DNA of 64,000 nt, taken from NCBI RefSeq assembly GCF_001194135.2, contig NC_068990.1:16261937-16325936 (forward strand), written 5' to 3'. Under the pieces are notes generated by a model, which saw only the letters and a program-made list of their open reading frames with translations, searched no databases and was not told the origin of the DNA. The translations under genes were made by a program, and so were the position numbers. The DNA comes from Octopus bimaculoides (lineage: Eukaryota). Shown one piece after another: positions 1 to 13,520 of the stretch (position 1 is the first letter of the stretch; each line of letters begins with the position of its first letter).

Positions 1-330
1 CATGAGTTTAGAGACTCTGAACATTGAGCAATTTAGCAGTTTTAGTAACTGAAGCTCTGGTCATTCATGCACCAACAATTTGTTCTCTCTGGAAATCAGA
101 TAGGTTACACATAATTTAATATCTGCAAAAATTTTTTTTTAATTAAAAATAGTGCTATATCATGAAGTAGAAGGCATGCAGAATACATATGAACACATAT
201 ATGCAAACAAGAACAGTTTTTAATGTTTTCTATTGCCAATAGAAAAATAGTTAAAAACATAAAAACTAGTGTTTCCATCATTTTGTTCAACCTCTGTATA
301 TATATTTTTACACACATGCATGCATGTGTG

Positions 331-1120
331 CATCCCTCATACAGGCTACAATCAAACACCTTTTGCAGGATCTTTACTAGTTTCTTAGAGATGGATGGTA
401 TTTGTGTGCTACCAACTGAGATGAACTTCCTGGTTTGAAACTCATGCAAACCCAAACCATCAGCTCCTTGAGGCCCTTTAGGATCATTCTGTGGCCAATG
501 ATAGATATTGTCACAGGTCATCTCTACAGCATTAATGATGCAGTGGTTATCAGACACCATGTCTAATGATTGGATTGGCTCTTTGTACTGACCTTCAACC
601 AACTTTACCAGAATGTTTATAGCAAGGATTACTGAAATGGTAATCCAATTATAATACCCTTCTGAGGCTTATGCTTTCCTGGTGTTGTAGAAATAGTAGA
701 CTCCCTAACAATGACTGAAATTGTGGTTGTAGTCCAGCATGAGATCTCTGAATCTGTCTTGGATATGGTACTTGTTCAAAGCCTCTTCAACCAGCTTATG
801 AGGACAGACTTGTAGGCATTTGGAAGGCAATACTGCCAGGTCTCATCCTTTGCACCTTCATTAACTGGGTGACCACATTCAAGGGTTCCAGACATTCTGA
901 TACCTCCTATTTGAACTGAGGTATCAATGTGCCTCATGACACCACTGAAGAATACCATTTTGTTAGTAATGAGGAAAGAGATTATTCTAAACTGATTGAT
1001 GGTCTTTGGCTCTTCCTCCTCTGAAATCCACACCCTTAGTCCTTATCAAGAGAAAGAACTGGTAACATCTTTGAGTAGATCCTGCACTTTCTGCTTGGGA
1101 CAAAGCATCTCTGATGTTTA
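331..1120 (-). mobile_element. Degraded non-LTR retrotransposon RT fragment, HERO/NeSL-like (restriction-like endonuclease group)
   Basis: Minus-strand pieces GVWISEEEEPKTINQFRIISFL, HIDTSVQIGGI, LPNAYKSV, TISVIL and IPSISKKLVKILQKVFDCSL follow the HERO-type RT motif order (WIPKEE..I.QFR.ISLL; IDTSVQKGG; DL.NAYGS; GCTISVILF; IP.I.EKPVKSLGK.FD.SL). Frameshifts and stops present. Confidence 0.75.
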
Positions 1121-3041
1121 TTTTACCTCTACAGACATGTGTGTGCACACACACACACACACACGTACACACACTCACAACTTTACAAAGGACATCCAGC
1201 TGTAAAACCCATAATAAAGCAGACACTGGAGCCTAGTGCAGTCTTCTGGCTCATCAGCTCCTGTCAAACCATCCAACCCATGCCAGCATGGAGAACAGAT
1301 GTTAAACAATGATGATATGTATATATATATATATAAACTAAACTGTTATAACAGTTGTAGTCCGTGTGTTTTGCAGTAAGTCACAGAGGGCCCTGAGCAT
1401 TCCTGCTGATCCTTTCCTTTTATAATGTTAATAACCAAATAGTCACGCTCACAGATGCAGGTAAAGCACAGCAGTTTCAGCTGTGAATTGAAACCAGTCT
1501 GTGATGTTTACCCAGTTTGAAATATATTTAGAGAGAAAACGTTATGTTAATTTACATTTGACATTAATGAGTATACAATATTTCTTTAATTATCTCTATC
1601 ATACTAATTGTCTTTCTGCCTAGCAGCATCACATACATTATTTGTATATTTCACTATAGTTATATTCATGCAGGAAACTATGTGTTTATTTGACCTGCTA
1701 GAAATAGAAGTCAAATACCCTTAAATCATGCCTCTCTGTCTTAAATAAGAAAAGGCACATATTTAATAATATTGTCCTAGGCTTTCAAAAAGACATGATT
1801 ACAACAACCAGAGTACCTTTCATTATTGGTCTGCTTGACCAGGACTGACCTGTGACTAAACAGCATTGCTGAAGTGACACACATCCCTTCAAACAGCCCC
1901 ACTTGAGAATGAGTGACAACTCATCAAGTACTCTGAAAAGCGTTAATGGGTAAGGGGTTAAATTGGTTTCTCTTTTAAAATAATGCAATTCAGACGATAT
2001 ATGAATATAATAACAGTGTGTAGATAGCACAGCTGTAATGTTTTGAGTGTTTAATGACTTGAAGAGTTTCAAAGTAATGGTCGACTAGCATTAGATATTT
2101 AAGTCTGTAACAGCTTAGTCACAGCTTCACATTATAATTAATTCACGCATCATTCTTGCATGGCTCAGAAGGAATTCATTGAGGTAGATTTTCTTTTTTG
2201 CAGGTGAATGTCCTTCCTACCGCCAAGCCTCATCTGTTTCCAAGCAAGCCAGACAAATTTCTCTTAAATTAATGACACTGCTTGTATGACAGTGATGTTC
2301 ATTTACAATTATCACATGATGTCAAGACAAAGGAATACACACTTACTCATACATACACATACATGATGGCTTTCTTTCAGTTCTCAGTCTATCAAATCCA
2401 CTCACAAACTTTGCTTAGCCCTTCTAAGGTGCCACACAATAGGACTGAACCCAAAACCACATGGTTGGGAAGCCAACTTCTTGACCACACAACAATGTCT
2501 GAACCTATATATGGTTTATACAATTTTTAGAACTGTTGTTAGTTTGTGTTTAATTAGTAATATACCTTTATTATATATTAGTGTCTATTTTCGTTATACA
2601 TTCAAAATAAATCTTTTCAAAAGATGTGCAGTTGTACAGCTGAGCTACTTACCTAGAAGTCACAGTTTCAAATCTCTCTAAAGGCCTTTCATTATGTCTC
2701 TCAATTTGATATTGTCTTCTACCTTCTTTAGTTTAAGTCAACTCCAGCTTCAGATTTTGTTGTGTAATATTTCAGGACACAGACATGGCTGTGTGATTAA
2801 GAAATTTACTTACCAACCCCATGGTTTCAGGTTCAGTCTTACTGTGAGACATCTACTATAGCCCTGGGCCCATTAAAGCTTTGGGAGTGGATTTTGTTGA
2901 TGGAAACTGAAACAAGCCCACAATGTGTGTGTGTGTGCATGAGAGAAATTTCCTATTTCCCCTTTGTCTTCATGCATGTTCACTAATTCTCTAAACAGCA
3001 ACCCAGCAAGAATCACATTAACATTTGTGAAATTTCTGTAT

Positions 3042-3252
3042 TATGTTTTATATAAGGCTCCATAGCTTGTTAGCCACTATATATGTTTTATATAAGGTTC
3101 CATAGCTTGTTAGCCACTATATATGTTTTATATAAGGTTTCATAGCTTGTTAGCCACTATATATGTTTTATATAAGGTTCCATAGCTTGTTAGCCACTAT
3201 ATATGTTTTATATAAAGTTCCATAGCTTGTTAGCCACTATATATGTTTTATA
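3042..3252. repeat. 40-bp tandem minisatellite, about 5.3 copies
   Basis: Unit atatgttttatataaggttccatagcttgttagccactat repeats head to tail, with 0-2 differences per copy. Confidence 0.97.
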
Positions 3253-4276
3253 CTGTGCTGTTAGATGTATTTAGTATTAACATTCCTGTTAAGGTTACAT
3301 CTTCCAGGTTGATGTGTGTTTGTTCTGCTTCACTGCTTCTCACATGTTCTCAGCAGCTCTTTTTCTTATGTTTGCTTTACTTTTTACATTCCATATTCTT
3401 AAGACTTCAGACTTCACTGACCTACATTTTGCTCTAGTTATCAACATATACTAACTAGCATGCAGTTTCCATTATTAGCCTTTTGGAACTTAGGGGTCGA
3501 GCAAACAACACCTGTTTATTTAATTCACAACCACCTTATTTATTCTGTCTAAAGAAAAAAAAATAATAACTAAAGAAAAGGAGAAAAGTAGAGTAAAAAG
3601 ATCATCTTGTGCCCAGCCATAACTGCTGATCACGTTCCTTTATGAAATGTGCAGTTCTCCAACACCACCACTACCATTTAAAAGGAACTTAGTTTATGCT
3701 TGACAAACTCTTCTCACTCTCTTTCTCTCCAGGTTTATTGAGTTTTCAGTTTCTGGTATTGTATGTTAACCCTTTCATTATCTTACTTCAAATGAAATAC
3801 ACTGCATTCATTTCAGTTAATTTTGAAAATTACGAAGAATTTAGTAAAATCCCTTATCAGACTGGCATTTGGAACAAATTAATATGAAATTTTGATAGGT
3901 TTTTAGGCCACTTCAAAACAGGAAGTTTGTATCATAGAACCAGGAATGATCTTAGGCAGGTTGTTTTCAACCCTACCATCATTGGATGACATAATCTGAT
4001 TAGATAATAAATGACTGGATGATCATGGCTGGGATGCCCTTGAACACAGGTCTGCTCAACTTTTTTTGGTATCATATTTGTGTTGAAATACACAGCCTTC
4101 ATTTCAATAATAAAATGACATTACAGGTCTTAGTATTGGTAAAGTATTAATGATATATTAATTAAATCTTGTTTGCTTCCCAGCCATGTGACCTTGGGTT
4201 CAGTCCAGTGCAGCATCTTGGGCAAGTATCTTCTACTATAGCCCCAGGTCAACCAAAGACTTGTGAATGGATTTGG

Positions 4277-4311
<35 letters not shown>

Positions 4312-4593
4312 GCATGTGACCTAGTGGTTAGGGAGTTGCATTCACAATTACTAGATTGTAGGTTCAATTCACAGACTGAGTGGCATATCGTGTTCTTGAG
4401 CAAAACATTTCATTTCATGTTGCCCCAGTTAGCTGTAAAGGGGTAACCCTGTGAGGAACTAGCTGTCCAATCAGGTGGAACATTGGTCTGCTCACCTAAC
4501 CAGTTGAGTGGCATCGTTCAAACACTAAGACAATGCAAAGCACATAGTGACCAACAATGTATATCAACATCTGATAGTCTGGTTGATCATGTG

Positions 4594-4641
<48 letters not shown>

Positions 4642-5267
4642 AAGGGAGAAAGTTGGGGTAGAAGGTTGTACCATTATCTTAATGTCATATGATAGTTGTA
4701 AATGAACATCATCATCATTCAGGTGATGTTTGTTTCCAGACTTCCATAAAGAACATGTTTAGCCATGGGGAAATATTACTTTACTTGGAAACAGGTGAGA
4801 GTTGGCAACAGGAAGGGATCAGGTCATAGAAGATCTTCCTCAAATTCCTTCTAACCCTTGCAAGAATGGAAAAGTGGGCATTGATGGTGATAGTATCTAA
4901 ACTAAACTCACATCATTGTTGTTTAATCTAAAGGGACCCTGATTAAGTAGATGTATGATTAAAAGCATTCAGGCCATCACCCTCTCTTTTCTTTGCCTTT
5001 TCTTTTTAGGCATATCTCCTGGACTTCATTATCCAGTATGTTCCATTTTAAGATGGTAGGGTTTTGGCTGAGGCAGATTTAGCTGTTATTTTTATATGAG
5101 AGATACTCTCTCATCGGCTCTGTATGTATACAGTCTTGGTGTAAAATTTGGTTGATTTATTCCTAAATCTTCTCCCAGTTATGCTTGGTGGATGACCTCA
5201 CAGACTTATTTGCTGCAGATATATATGGAATCAATTTATTTTATCAGATTATTCTTTTACTTGTTTC

Positions 5268-5647
5268 AGTCATTTGACTGGTGCCATGCTGGAGCACTGC
5301 ATTTAGTCAAGCAAATCAACCCCCAGGACTTATTCGTTGTAAGCCTAGTACTTAGGCTATCAGTCTCTTTTGCTGAACCACTTAGTTACGGAGACGTAAA
5401 CACACCAGCATTGGTTGTCAAGCGATGTTGGGGAGACAAACACAGACACACACACACACATATATACATATACATACATATATACGACGGGCTTCTTTCA
5501 GTTTCCATCTACCAAATCCACTCACAAGGTTTTGGTAGACCCAAGGCTATAGTAGAAGACACTTGCACAAGGTGCCATGCAGAGGGACTGAACCTGTAAC
5601 CATGTGGTTGGTAAGCAAGCTACTTACCACACAGCCACTCCTGTGCC
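5268..5647 (-). mobile_element. tRNA-derived SINE, family A type (representative copy)
   Basis: Reverse complement has a Pol III-like head (ggctgtgtggtaag...ggttcagtccc), the core accttgtgcaagtgtcttctactatagcc and an internal (CA/TA)n. Dozens of related copies occur in the window. Confidence 0.8.
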
Positions 5648-5734
5648 TATATTGACTTTTATAAAAAAAAAATTTAATCATTTTGAAGTATCAAATTTTA
5701 CTCTTTATTATTGTTGTTGTTGTAGTTGAGGGGG

Positions 5735-7120
5735 AAGCTGTAAGTTGGCAGAACCATTTGCATGAGGGACAACATGTTTAGTGGCATTTTGACCATCTTT
5801 ATCTTCTGAGTTCAAATGCCACTGAAGTCAACTTTGCCTGTCATCCTTTTGGGGTCAATAAAATAAGTACCAGTTGAGCACTGGGGTTAATGTAATTCAC
5901 TGTCCCCCTCCCCCAAAACTTCAAACTTTGTTGCTTTGGTAGAAAGAATTATTATCATTATTATTATTCATATACACACAATGGATTAGACTGTTGGAAC
6001 AGAAAAATTCCTAACACTGAGCTTCAACAAGTAACCTTTTATTATTATTATTTTTTTTTTTTCCTCTTCTATTTTTTCCAGATTTTCCCTATCAACAGCA
6101 GCAGCAAATGTGCAGAGTTCTGGCAAACAACACTATTGTTTGTGATCCTGTGTTATATGAGGAAATAGATATCTGGAAAAACCATAAAGACCATCTTGAT
6201 TCTTTAATTCAAAAATATCAATTGACAATTAAAAATTTAAAGGTTTGTATACACATTTGCAGACAGCATCGGTTTGTTTTTCTTCTTCTATTTTGTTTTT
6301 TTTGTCAGCTTTACCTTGAAGAACAACATAGATCAGTCTTGTTTGGATATCTTTGGCTTCTAATCTAATATAATATTAATATTTGCTTTTTGTCCCTTTC
6401 ACCTTTCATTACATTATATTTTACTGCGTTTACTTACTGAAATACAATAATTAGTAAGTTGTAGTGGTGGTGGTGGTTATCATATTGAGGTTGAAATAGT
6501 GTTAAGAAAATTGGTAACTATATATCAAGAAGTCCAATCACATCATATTTAAATTGAAAAGGCTAAACTACTGATCATCCAACTCAACCATTCTGGAGAA
6601 ATAAGCATCAATCTGATGAGAATACAACAAGAAATTGTCTTTTGCATTTTTATTATTGTTATTAAAGCCATGAAGTGGCAGAATCATTAACATACCAGAT
6701 AAATTGCTTAGCAGCATTTCATCCATTTTTATGTTCTGAGTTTAAATTTCGCCGAGGTTGACTTTGCCTTTCATCCTTTTAGGGGTTCATGAAATAAGTA
6801 CCAGTTAAATACTGGGATTAATCTAATTGACTAGTCCCCCACCAAAAAAAAAAAAAAAATTTGGAACGGATTATTATTATTATTGTTTTTATTAGGATGG
6901 CAAACTGACAAAATTGTTGGCATATTGGACAAAATGCTTAGCAGTATTTCTTTTGGCTCTTTATATTTTGAGTTTAAATGCTGCTGACATCGAATTAGTC
7001 TTTCTTCCTTCTGAGGTCAATAAAATAAGTATCAGTTGAGCATTGGCACCAATGTTATCAAATTACTCACTCCCCTAAAAAATTGTTGGCCATTTGCCAA
7101 AATTTGCAACCATTATTGTT
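5735..7120 (+). mobile_element. Three family B SINE copies ((ATT)n-tailed) flanking Sulf exon A (about 5735-5965, 6665-6840, 6895-7120)
   Basis: Shared tggcagaa...aaatgcttag...ttctgagttcaaat...gaggtcaactttgcctttcatcc...aaataagtaccagttga body with ATT-rich ends. The span also contains exon A. Confidence 0.75.
6082..6242 (+). CDS. Sulf1: Sulf exon A (hydrophilic domain): (D)FPYQQQQQMCRVLANNTIVCDPVLYEEIDIWKNHKDHLDSLIQKYQLTIKNLK
   Basis: Strong acceptor ttcctcttctattttttccag, donor AAG|gtttgt; 161 nt, phase 1 to 0. Matches SULF1 [46 protein letters not shown], including both Cys, the N-x-S/T sequon and WK.HK. Confidence 0.9.
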
Positions 7121-10100
7121 ATTATTATTATTCATATATTTATTTTTTGATATTTGTACAGATATATTTTGAAGATATTGAAATATTTTTGCATTGTGAT
7201 ATTTTCTTTTTTCAGAAATATTGTAATTGTTTCAAAGCCACACAGGGTAGACAGTAAAGAAGATTCAACAAATTATTGATTTTAAAGAAATTAAAGCAAA
7301 TTGTTGTTTTAATTACTGGATTTCCTAATTGCTATGCAAAGATATTAAATTTTTTACCCAGATTTTCACAGCTGGTTAAAATGGTTTTGGCGGTGTCAAA
7401 TTTCTTGTTTAGGGTTTGAATTTTTTTCTTCCTATTTTTTATGATTTCAGGTATCTTCCAACATGGGTCTCTTACTTTTAGAAATAAACTGAATTCTTTC
7501 AGTTTACAAGAATTTAAAAAAAAAAAAATCATATTAAGTTCAAGTTTCATTTATTCAGTGACATCACAGATATAATACGGTCTGTTTTGTCATTAAAAAT
7601 AGAATGGAGACAAAAGTAGAAAAATTGCCTTAATAAACAGAAGAAATAGTTTTCTATAAAAATACCCCATATATTACCTTGTATTACTTCCCATTAGATG
7701 CATTATTAAGATACCAACTTGCTTGAGACCATCCCTGGTTCTTTAACAAACTTCCTTCTTTAAAGTAGTCTAAATTAATACTCTCCATCAAAATAATTTA
7801 TGCTCCAAACACCAATTTAATTGATAGTTATTTCACTAAATACTTCATTTATTTGAAAATTAATTGAAATGAAGAGAGAGGATTTCAACAGAAATATGGT
7901 GCTTAGAACATTTTCTGATGTAGCTTCCCATTTTTAAAACCCCTTTCCACCAATCTACCCTGGAGCATACCTTGTTCTATGATACAAACTTCATGTTTTA
8001 AAGTGATCTAAATTAAAGCATAACAAAGTTGTTATACTAAATTCTTCATTATTTTCAAAATTAATTTAAAAAAAGAGGTTGTAATTTCAAAAAATATAAT
8101 AAAAGGGTTAAAGTGATCAAAATCAAAATCTGTCATCAAAATTTCATATTAATTTATGTCCCAAACGACAGTTGTTTTACTAAATAATTTTTCGTTATTT
8201 TAACATTTAGTTGAAACAAAGGCAATATATTTCTTCATAAACATTGTAACAAAAGGGTTAACAAGAACTCTTGCTTCCTACTCCCACCTGGAATAAATCT
8301 GTAAAGAAATGAAAAAGTATTCTGAACAAAATTGAAGAAATTGTTTTGTAATTTAGAGTTTTTTCTCCTCTTCTACAAAAGAGGTTAATATCTTGAACAG
8401 CTCCAGCTTCAACATATTTTATATCTTTTCCAACCTTGTTTTATAATGGAACTAAATTTTCTGAGCTGAAAGTTGTTATTATTTATATGGTGACAAGCTG
8501 GCAGAGTCGTTAGTGTTGGACAAAATGCCAAGTGTTATTTCCTCTGACTCATTACATTCTGAGTTCAAATTTCGCTGAGGTCAGCTTTGTCTTTCATCCT
8601 TTTGGGATTAATAAAATAAAGCATCAATCAAATAATGGGGTTGATGTAATTAACTTGTTCCCTCCACTCAAAATTGCTGGCCTTGTCTCAAAATCAGAAA
8701 GAATTATTATTAAAATGGCAAAAGCTGGCAGGATGATTAGCATGCTAGACAAAATTCTCTACAGCAGGTCTTTACAATCTGAGTTCAAATTAGACCAAGG
8801 TCAGCTGTTTCATCATTTCAGGGTAAATAAAATAAAGCACTAGCCAAGTGCTGGACTCAATGTAACCAACTAACAAGCTCCCTCTAAAATTGCTGGCCTT
8901 GTATCCACATTTAGAACAATCATTAGTTTTATTTACTTTTCACAATTTCTATCTTTAAAGTAATACCAGTAATTTTGTACAAACACTTGAAAGATTAAAT
9001 TCACTCATTGTATACACAACAATTTAGTTTTACATTGTATATATATATTTTACTTAAAAAAATTTTTTCTTGTAAAAGTAATATTTTGATAATTTAACTC
9101 TCTAAATTTCATCAAAATTTTGAATTTTTTAACCATTTATTCGTCACTGTCCTGGAGTCATTTACAAATGGAACTGGGTCTTTATAAACACCCAATAGTG
9201 CTAGTTCTAGTTCCTTTGCTTCTGATTTGCTAATATTAATAATTATAGATTAATTGCTCTTACTACAGCAATCATGTTCTTTCAGGGTCCACCTATTCTA
9301 TATGAACAACAATAGAACTGAGTTTTTTTTCTCTCGCTCTCTCCATTTTTGCTTAACAAAATTTTTTTTGTTAAATTTTATCTTTCTTTAAAATTTCCAA
9401 CCCTCCAAGAAGCCATAGATTATTTCCATTCTTTTATCAGGAAATACCTTTCAGCTTCATTTGCACTGATGAAGGATTACAAGGATTTGCTTAAACAGGT
9501 AAAAAATATTTTCCACATATTTGTTAGATTAGAAGATAACAAAGTGAAATTAACGAGTCTGCTTTGGCAGCTTCGTACCTTTTCATAAGAAACGGTTCCA
9601 AAACATTCAGCAGTAAGGTAGAAATTGTTTCATTTAACTCCAACACAACGGATAAATTATTCCGCTTTGTATGTCATGAAGTATGTCATGAATGTCCAAT
9701 TTCCAAGATATTCCTTGCTGCTCTTCCTTGATCATCAGTTTCAAATATTAATTATATTCCAGTTCATATAAAACTTTTTCTTGTCTAGTACATATATATT
9801 TAATTCATTGTATGTATGGCAGATCTGAGCCACCACCTTAATGAAGTTATCATCTGCCACATGTAACAATACTGTGATATACTTTTTTTTTAAACCCTTC
9901 TCTAAATAATGTATTTTTTTACCTCAGTGCCCCTAATGAACAATATTTTGGAATTTCTATTAATCTTAATATAGATTTCTCAACATATTTAAAAATTTTG
10001 GGTTTTGGGGGAACATCTATAGGTGCAGTCATGGCTGTGTGGTTAAGAAACTCACTTAGCAACCTTGTGATTTTAGGTTCAATCTCACTGCGTGGAACCT

Positions 10101-10180
10101 TAGGCAAATGTCTTCTACTATAGCCCTCTTTTGGAGGACAGAAGCTGTGTAAAAGTTCATCTCATATATGTGTGTGTGTG

Positions 10181-10212
<32 letters not shown>

Positions 10213-10222
10213 NNNNNNNNNN

Positions 10223-10261
<39 letters not shown>

Positions 10262-10266
10262 TGCAT

Positions 10267-11193
10267 GCAGGACTATATGGTAAGAAGTTTGCTTCCCAAC
10301 CACATACTTACAGGCTCAGTCCCATTGTGTGGCACCTAGGGCAAGTGTCTTCTACTACAGCCTTGGGATAACCAAACCTTTTGGGTGGATTTGGTCAATG
10401 AAAACTGAAAGAAGCTCATCATGTGTATGTGTGTGTGTGCATGTTTGTTTGTGTGTATGTGTGTGATTGTCTTTTGCCTGACATCTTGTGATAGTTGAAA
10501 GCAAGTGTGACTGTCATGCAAGCAGTATCCTTTGCTTCCAATCCTCTGTGACATGTCTGGTCATGGGAGAAATATTACCTCACTTGGAAACAATCAAGAG
10601 TTGGCAACAGAAAGCCATAGAAAATCCATCTCAACAAATTCTGTCTGACCCATGCAAACATGGAAAAGTAAATGTTAAAGGGATGATGGTATATATTTGC
10701 TCTTTTTAATTATATAATCTTTCTCAATGGCTTCTCTGCATCCCGCATTTATCTTGTCTTTAATTTCCATATTTGATGTGCAGGCATGGTTAAGAAGTTA
10801 GCTTCCTAACCACATGAATTCAGGTTCAGTTCCATTCCTTGACACCTTGAGTAAGTGTCTTCTACTATAGTCCTGGGCTAACCAAACTCTTGTGATTAGA
10901 TTTGGTAGATGGAAACCAAAGGTAATCTGTCGTGTGTGTGAAAGAGAGAGAGAGTGTATGTGTATGTTAGTGTTGCCTTCTCTTGACATCACATGATAAT
11001 TGTAAATGAGCATCACTGTCATGCAAGCAGTGCAATTTATTTCCAATTTTCTGCAAGGAAATGTCTGGCCATGAGAAAATATTTCCTTGCTTGAAAACAA
11101 GTGAGGGTTGGCATCAGAAAGGCATCTGGGCATAGAAAATCTACTTCAGTGAACTCCACCCAACCCATGCAAGCATGGAAAACTGGGTGTTAA
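10267..11193 (+). mobile_element. Two adjacent near-full-length family A SINEs with RTE-like 3' tails (about 10267-10688 and 10777-11193)
   Basis: Each has the head, the ggcaagtgtcttctactatagc core, a (TG)n tract and a 3' catgcaa(g/a)catggaaaa...gttaa tail. Confidence 0.8.
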
Positions 11194-12727
11194 TTTTATT
11201 CAAATGCTTTTCAAGCACCCAAATTGTCATATTAATATATATTTATTTCAGAAATTTTTCACTGTGATTTCTCACAAGCTATGTAACCTTTTTCTTTTTA
11301 TCTATCTTATGACCAGGTTTTTCAGTTTTCCTTCTCACATTCTTTTGCCCTAAAAGATTTCATTACAACCCTTTCTTTTTTTATTATTTATTTAATAGAA
11401 CATCACCCTCCTTCCCTGAACATCTCACCCCTATTGTACACTTATTCAAGTGACTGCTTTTCATCTACCTGTCAAACTATTCTTCTCGTATCATTCTATG
11501 AAACCCTCTCCTAATTTTCCTGTAGGCCAACAAATATATTTTGAAAACATTACTTTTATGTACCAGTAACCAATTTCTTTCAGTATATTTTCAACCTTTA
11601 TAATTGTTTTTATTTCTTTTTTTAATCTTGATCAGACAACTTCTCAATAGTTTAGGATTTCATTGAGGTTCATGTTTTCTTAGTGAAATGGCTTGTATCT
11701 AATTAAAAAAAAAAAAAGAAAACCTTCAACATAGAAATCTTATTGTAGGTTGTCTTCTGTTTAGTTTTGTTTAAAAAGAGAGTATGGCTACAATTCAAGC
11801 ACATCAATTATGAAAAATGCTATCATCAACAATACCATGTTTACTGCCCCTAACTTATCTCAGTTATTGTATGCTTGGTATCTGCTTGTGCTATTTCAAG
11901 CCTAGTTGCTGATGTACACAACTTGTGGAAAGAAAGACATATGAAAGAGTGACAAGATAAATTCAAGACCAAAAACAAGATAACAGTACATGCACACATG
12001 CATGCATGCACACACGCAGACTCACACACACTCTCTCTCTCTCTTTCTCTCTCTCTCTCTTTCTCTCTCTCTCTTTCTTTTAGATGTGAAAAATCCCGTC
12101 AGCAATTGTGTTGTCCAGTATCATAGCAATTTCAGTGCTGAAAAATTATAGGACCACTCACTTGGAAAGCACAAGTTATTGTACCCATCATTAGAATGCA
12201 CGACAAATCATTACTGTCTTAGGACTTGTAAAAGCACAAGAGACATTGATTTAAGACAAGAACAAATCATAAAGAAATAAGGACTAGTGCAACATAAGAA
12301 ACAATGCCCTTTAATTACAGATAAAATAAACAGAAAGGATGCTAATGTAAAGGAAAATAAGAGTTGAGACTTTTGTCAAAACAGCACCTGAAGAGCAGAG
12401 AAACATTGCAGTGCCTGGTTAATGAGACAAAGAGAGAGAGAGACCAAACTGCTCTAGTTGTTAACTACTCTTAACTGTGTAAAATTTATGCTCTCAGACT
12501 GCTAAAATTTTCTAGGAATTTGCTTTAACTTCAGTATAAATTGTATCCCTTAACATATCAATCAAAACTATCTGCTAAATGTACTCCAAACAAGATTGAC
12601 CAAATTCATTCACATTTCCAAATTTTCCAAAAAATATATTTCTTTCTAATTAGAATTCATACCAATCTTTCTCTCTGTACAATCTTTAATTTTTCATGAC
12701 ATATGTGCAGTTTTCCATTAAGCTTAC

Positions 12728-13520
12728 TATTGGGTCATCCCATAAATAATGCAGTTTTTCAGAACTAAGATAAACAAAATTTTTTAAAATCTAAAATATA
12801 CTCTCCTTCATTTTCTACAATGCTCTTCCATCTATGTGGTAGACTTGCAAGGCCTCTCTTCCATAATTCTCTTGTCCTTGATGAAAAATACTCCTCCAGT
12901 ACTGTTCTGACCTCATCTACAGAATTCATATTTTTTCCGTCCAATTGATTTTGAAGACTGGGGAATAAATAATAATCACATGGGGCAAAGTCTGGCAAAT
13001 ATGGTGGGTGGTGGGGAGCATCGTTTCCCATTCAGACTGCTCCAGCCTTTGGAATGTCATCCTTGTTGTATGTGGCCGAGCATTATCCTGATGGAAGAAC
13101 ACCTTTTGTCTTGAAACCAAAAATGGTCTAGCCATTCAAGCTGTTCACAGTAGATCTCCTTTGTTATTTTTGGTTTGGGTTTAAAAGTTCAAAGTGGACT
13201 AAACCTTTCATATCCCACCAAGCAGATAACAATACCTTATGTGGGTGAAGACCTTTAATCTGAGGTGCCAGTGTTTCTCCTCTCCCTACCCACTGTCTTT
13301 GGCACTTGACATTTTTATAGAGAACCCATTTCACATCACCAGTCACTATTCGGTCCAAAAAAAGGTTCATTCGTGAGATGTGACAGCAAAGAAGAGCATA
13401 CATTCACTCTCTGCACGTGATTAAATTCAGAAAGTTTGTGAGGAACCCATTGACCCAATTTGCTGACTTTTCTGATGCAACTGATTTATTCAGGCCAACA
13501 TTTTACAATCTCAAACCCTG
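12728..13520 (-). mobile_element. Mariner (DD34D) transposase pseudogene with one terminal inverted repeat
   Basis: Frameshifted minus-strand pieces: WVPHKL, FLDRIVTGDVKWVLY, HKVLLSAWWD, FHQDNARPH, HPPYLPDFAPCDYYLFPSLQNQLDGK. TA followed by ttgggtcatcccataaataatgc at 12728. The other end is missing. Confidence 0.93.

Noticed and set aside
3042-3252. CRISPR-like array
   Set aside because: Contiguous tandem units with no unique spacers; eukaryotic context.
7216-9740. Short coding-looking frames on both strands (e.g. minus 7332-7550; minus LLLNVLEPFLMKRYEAAKADS near 9550-9620)
   Set aside because: Interrupted by stops, no recognisable domain, no consistent exon chain; a nested gene cannot be supported.
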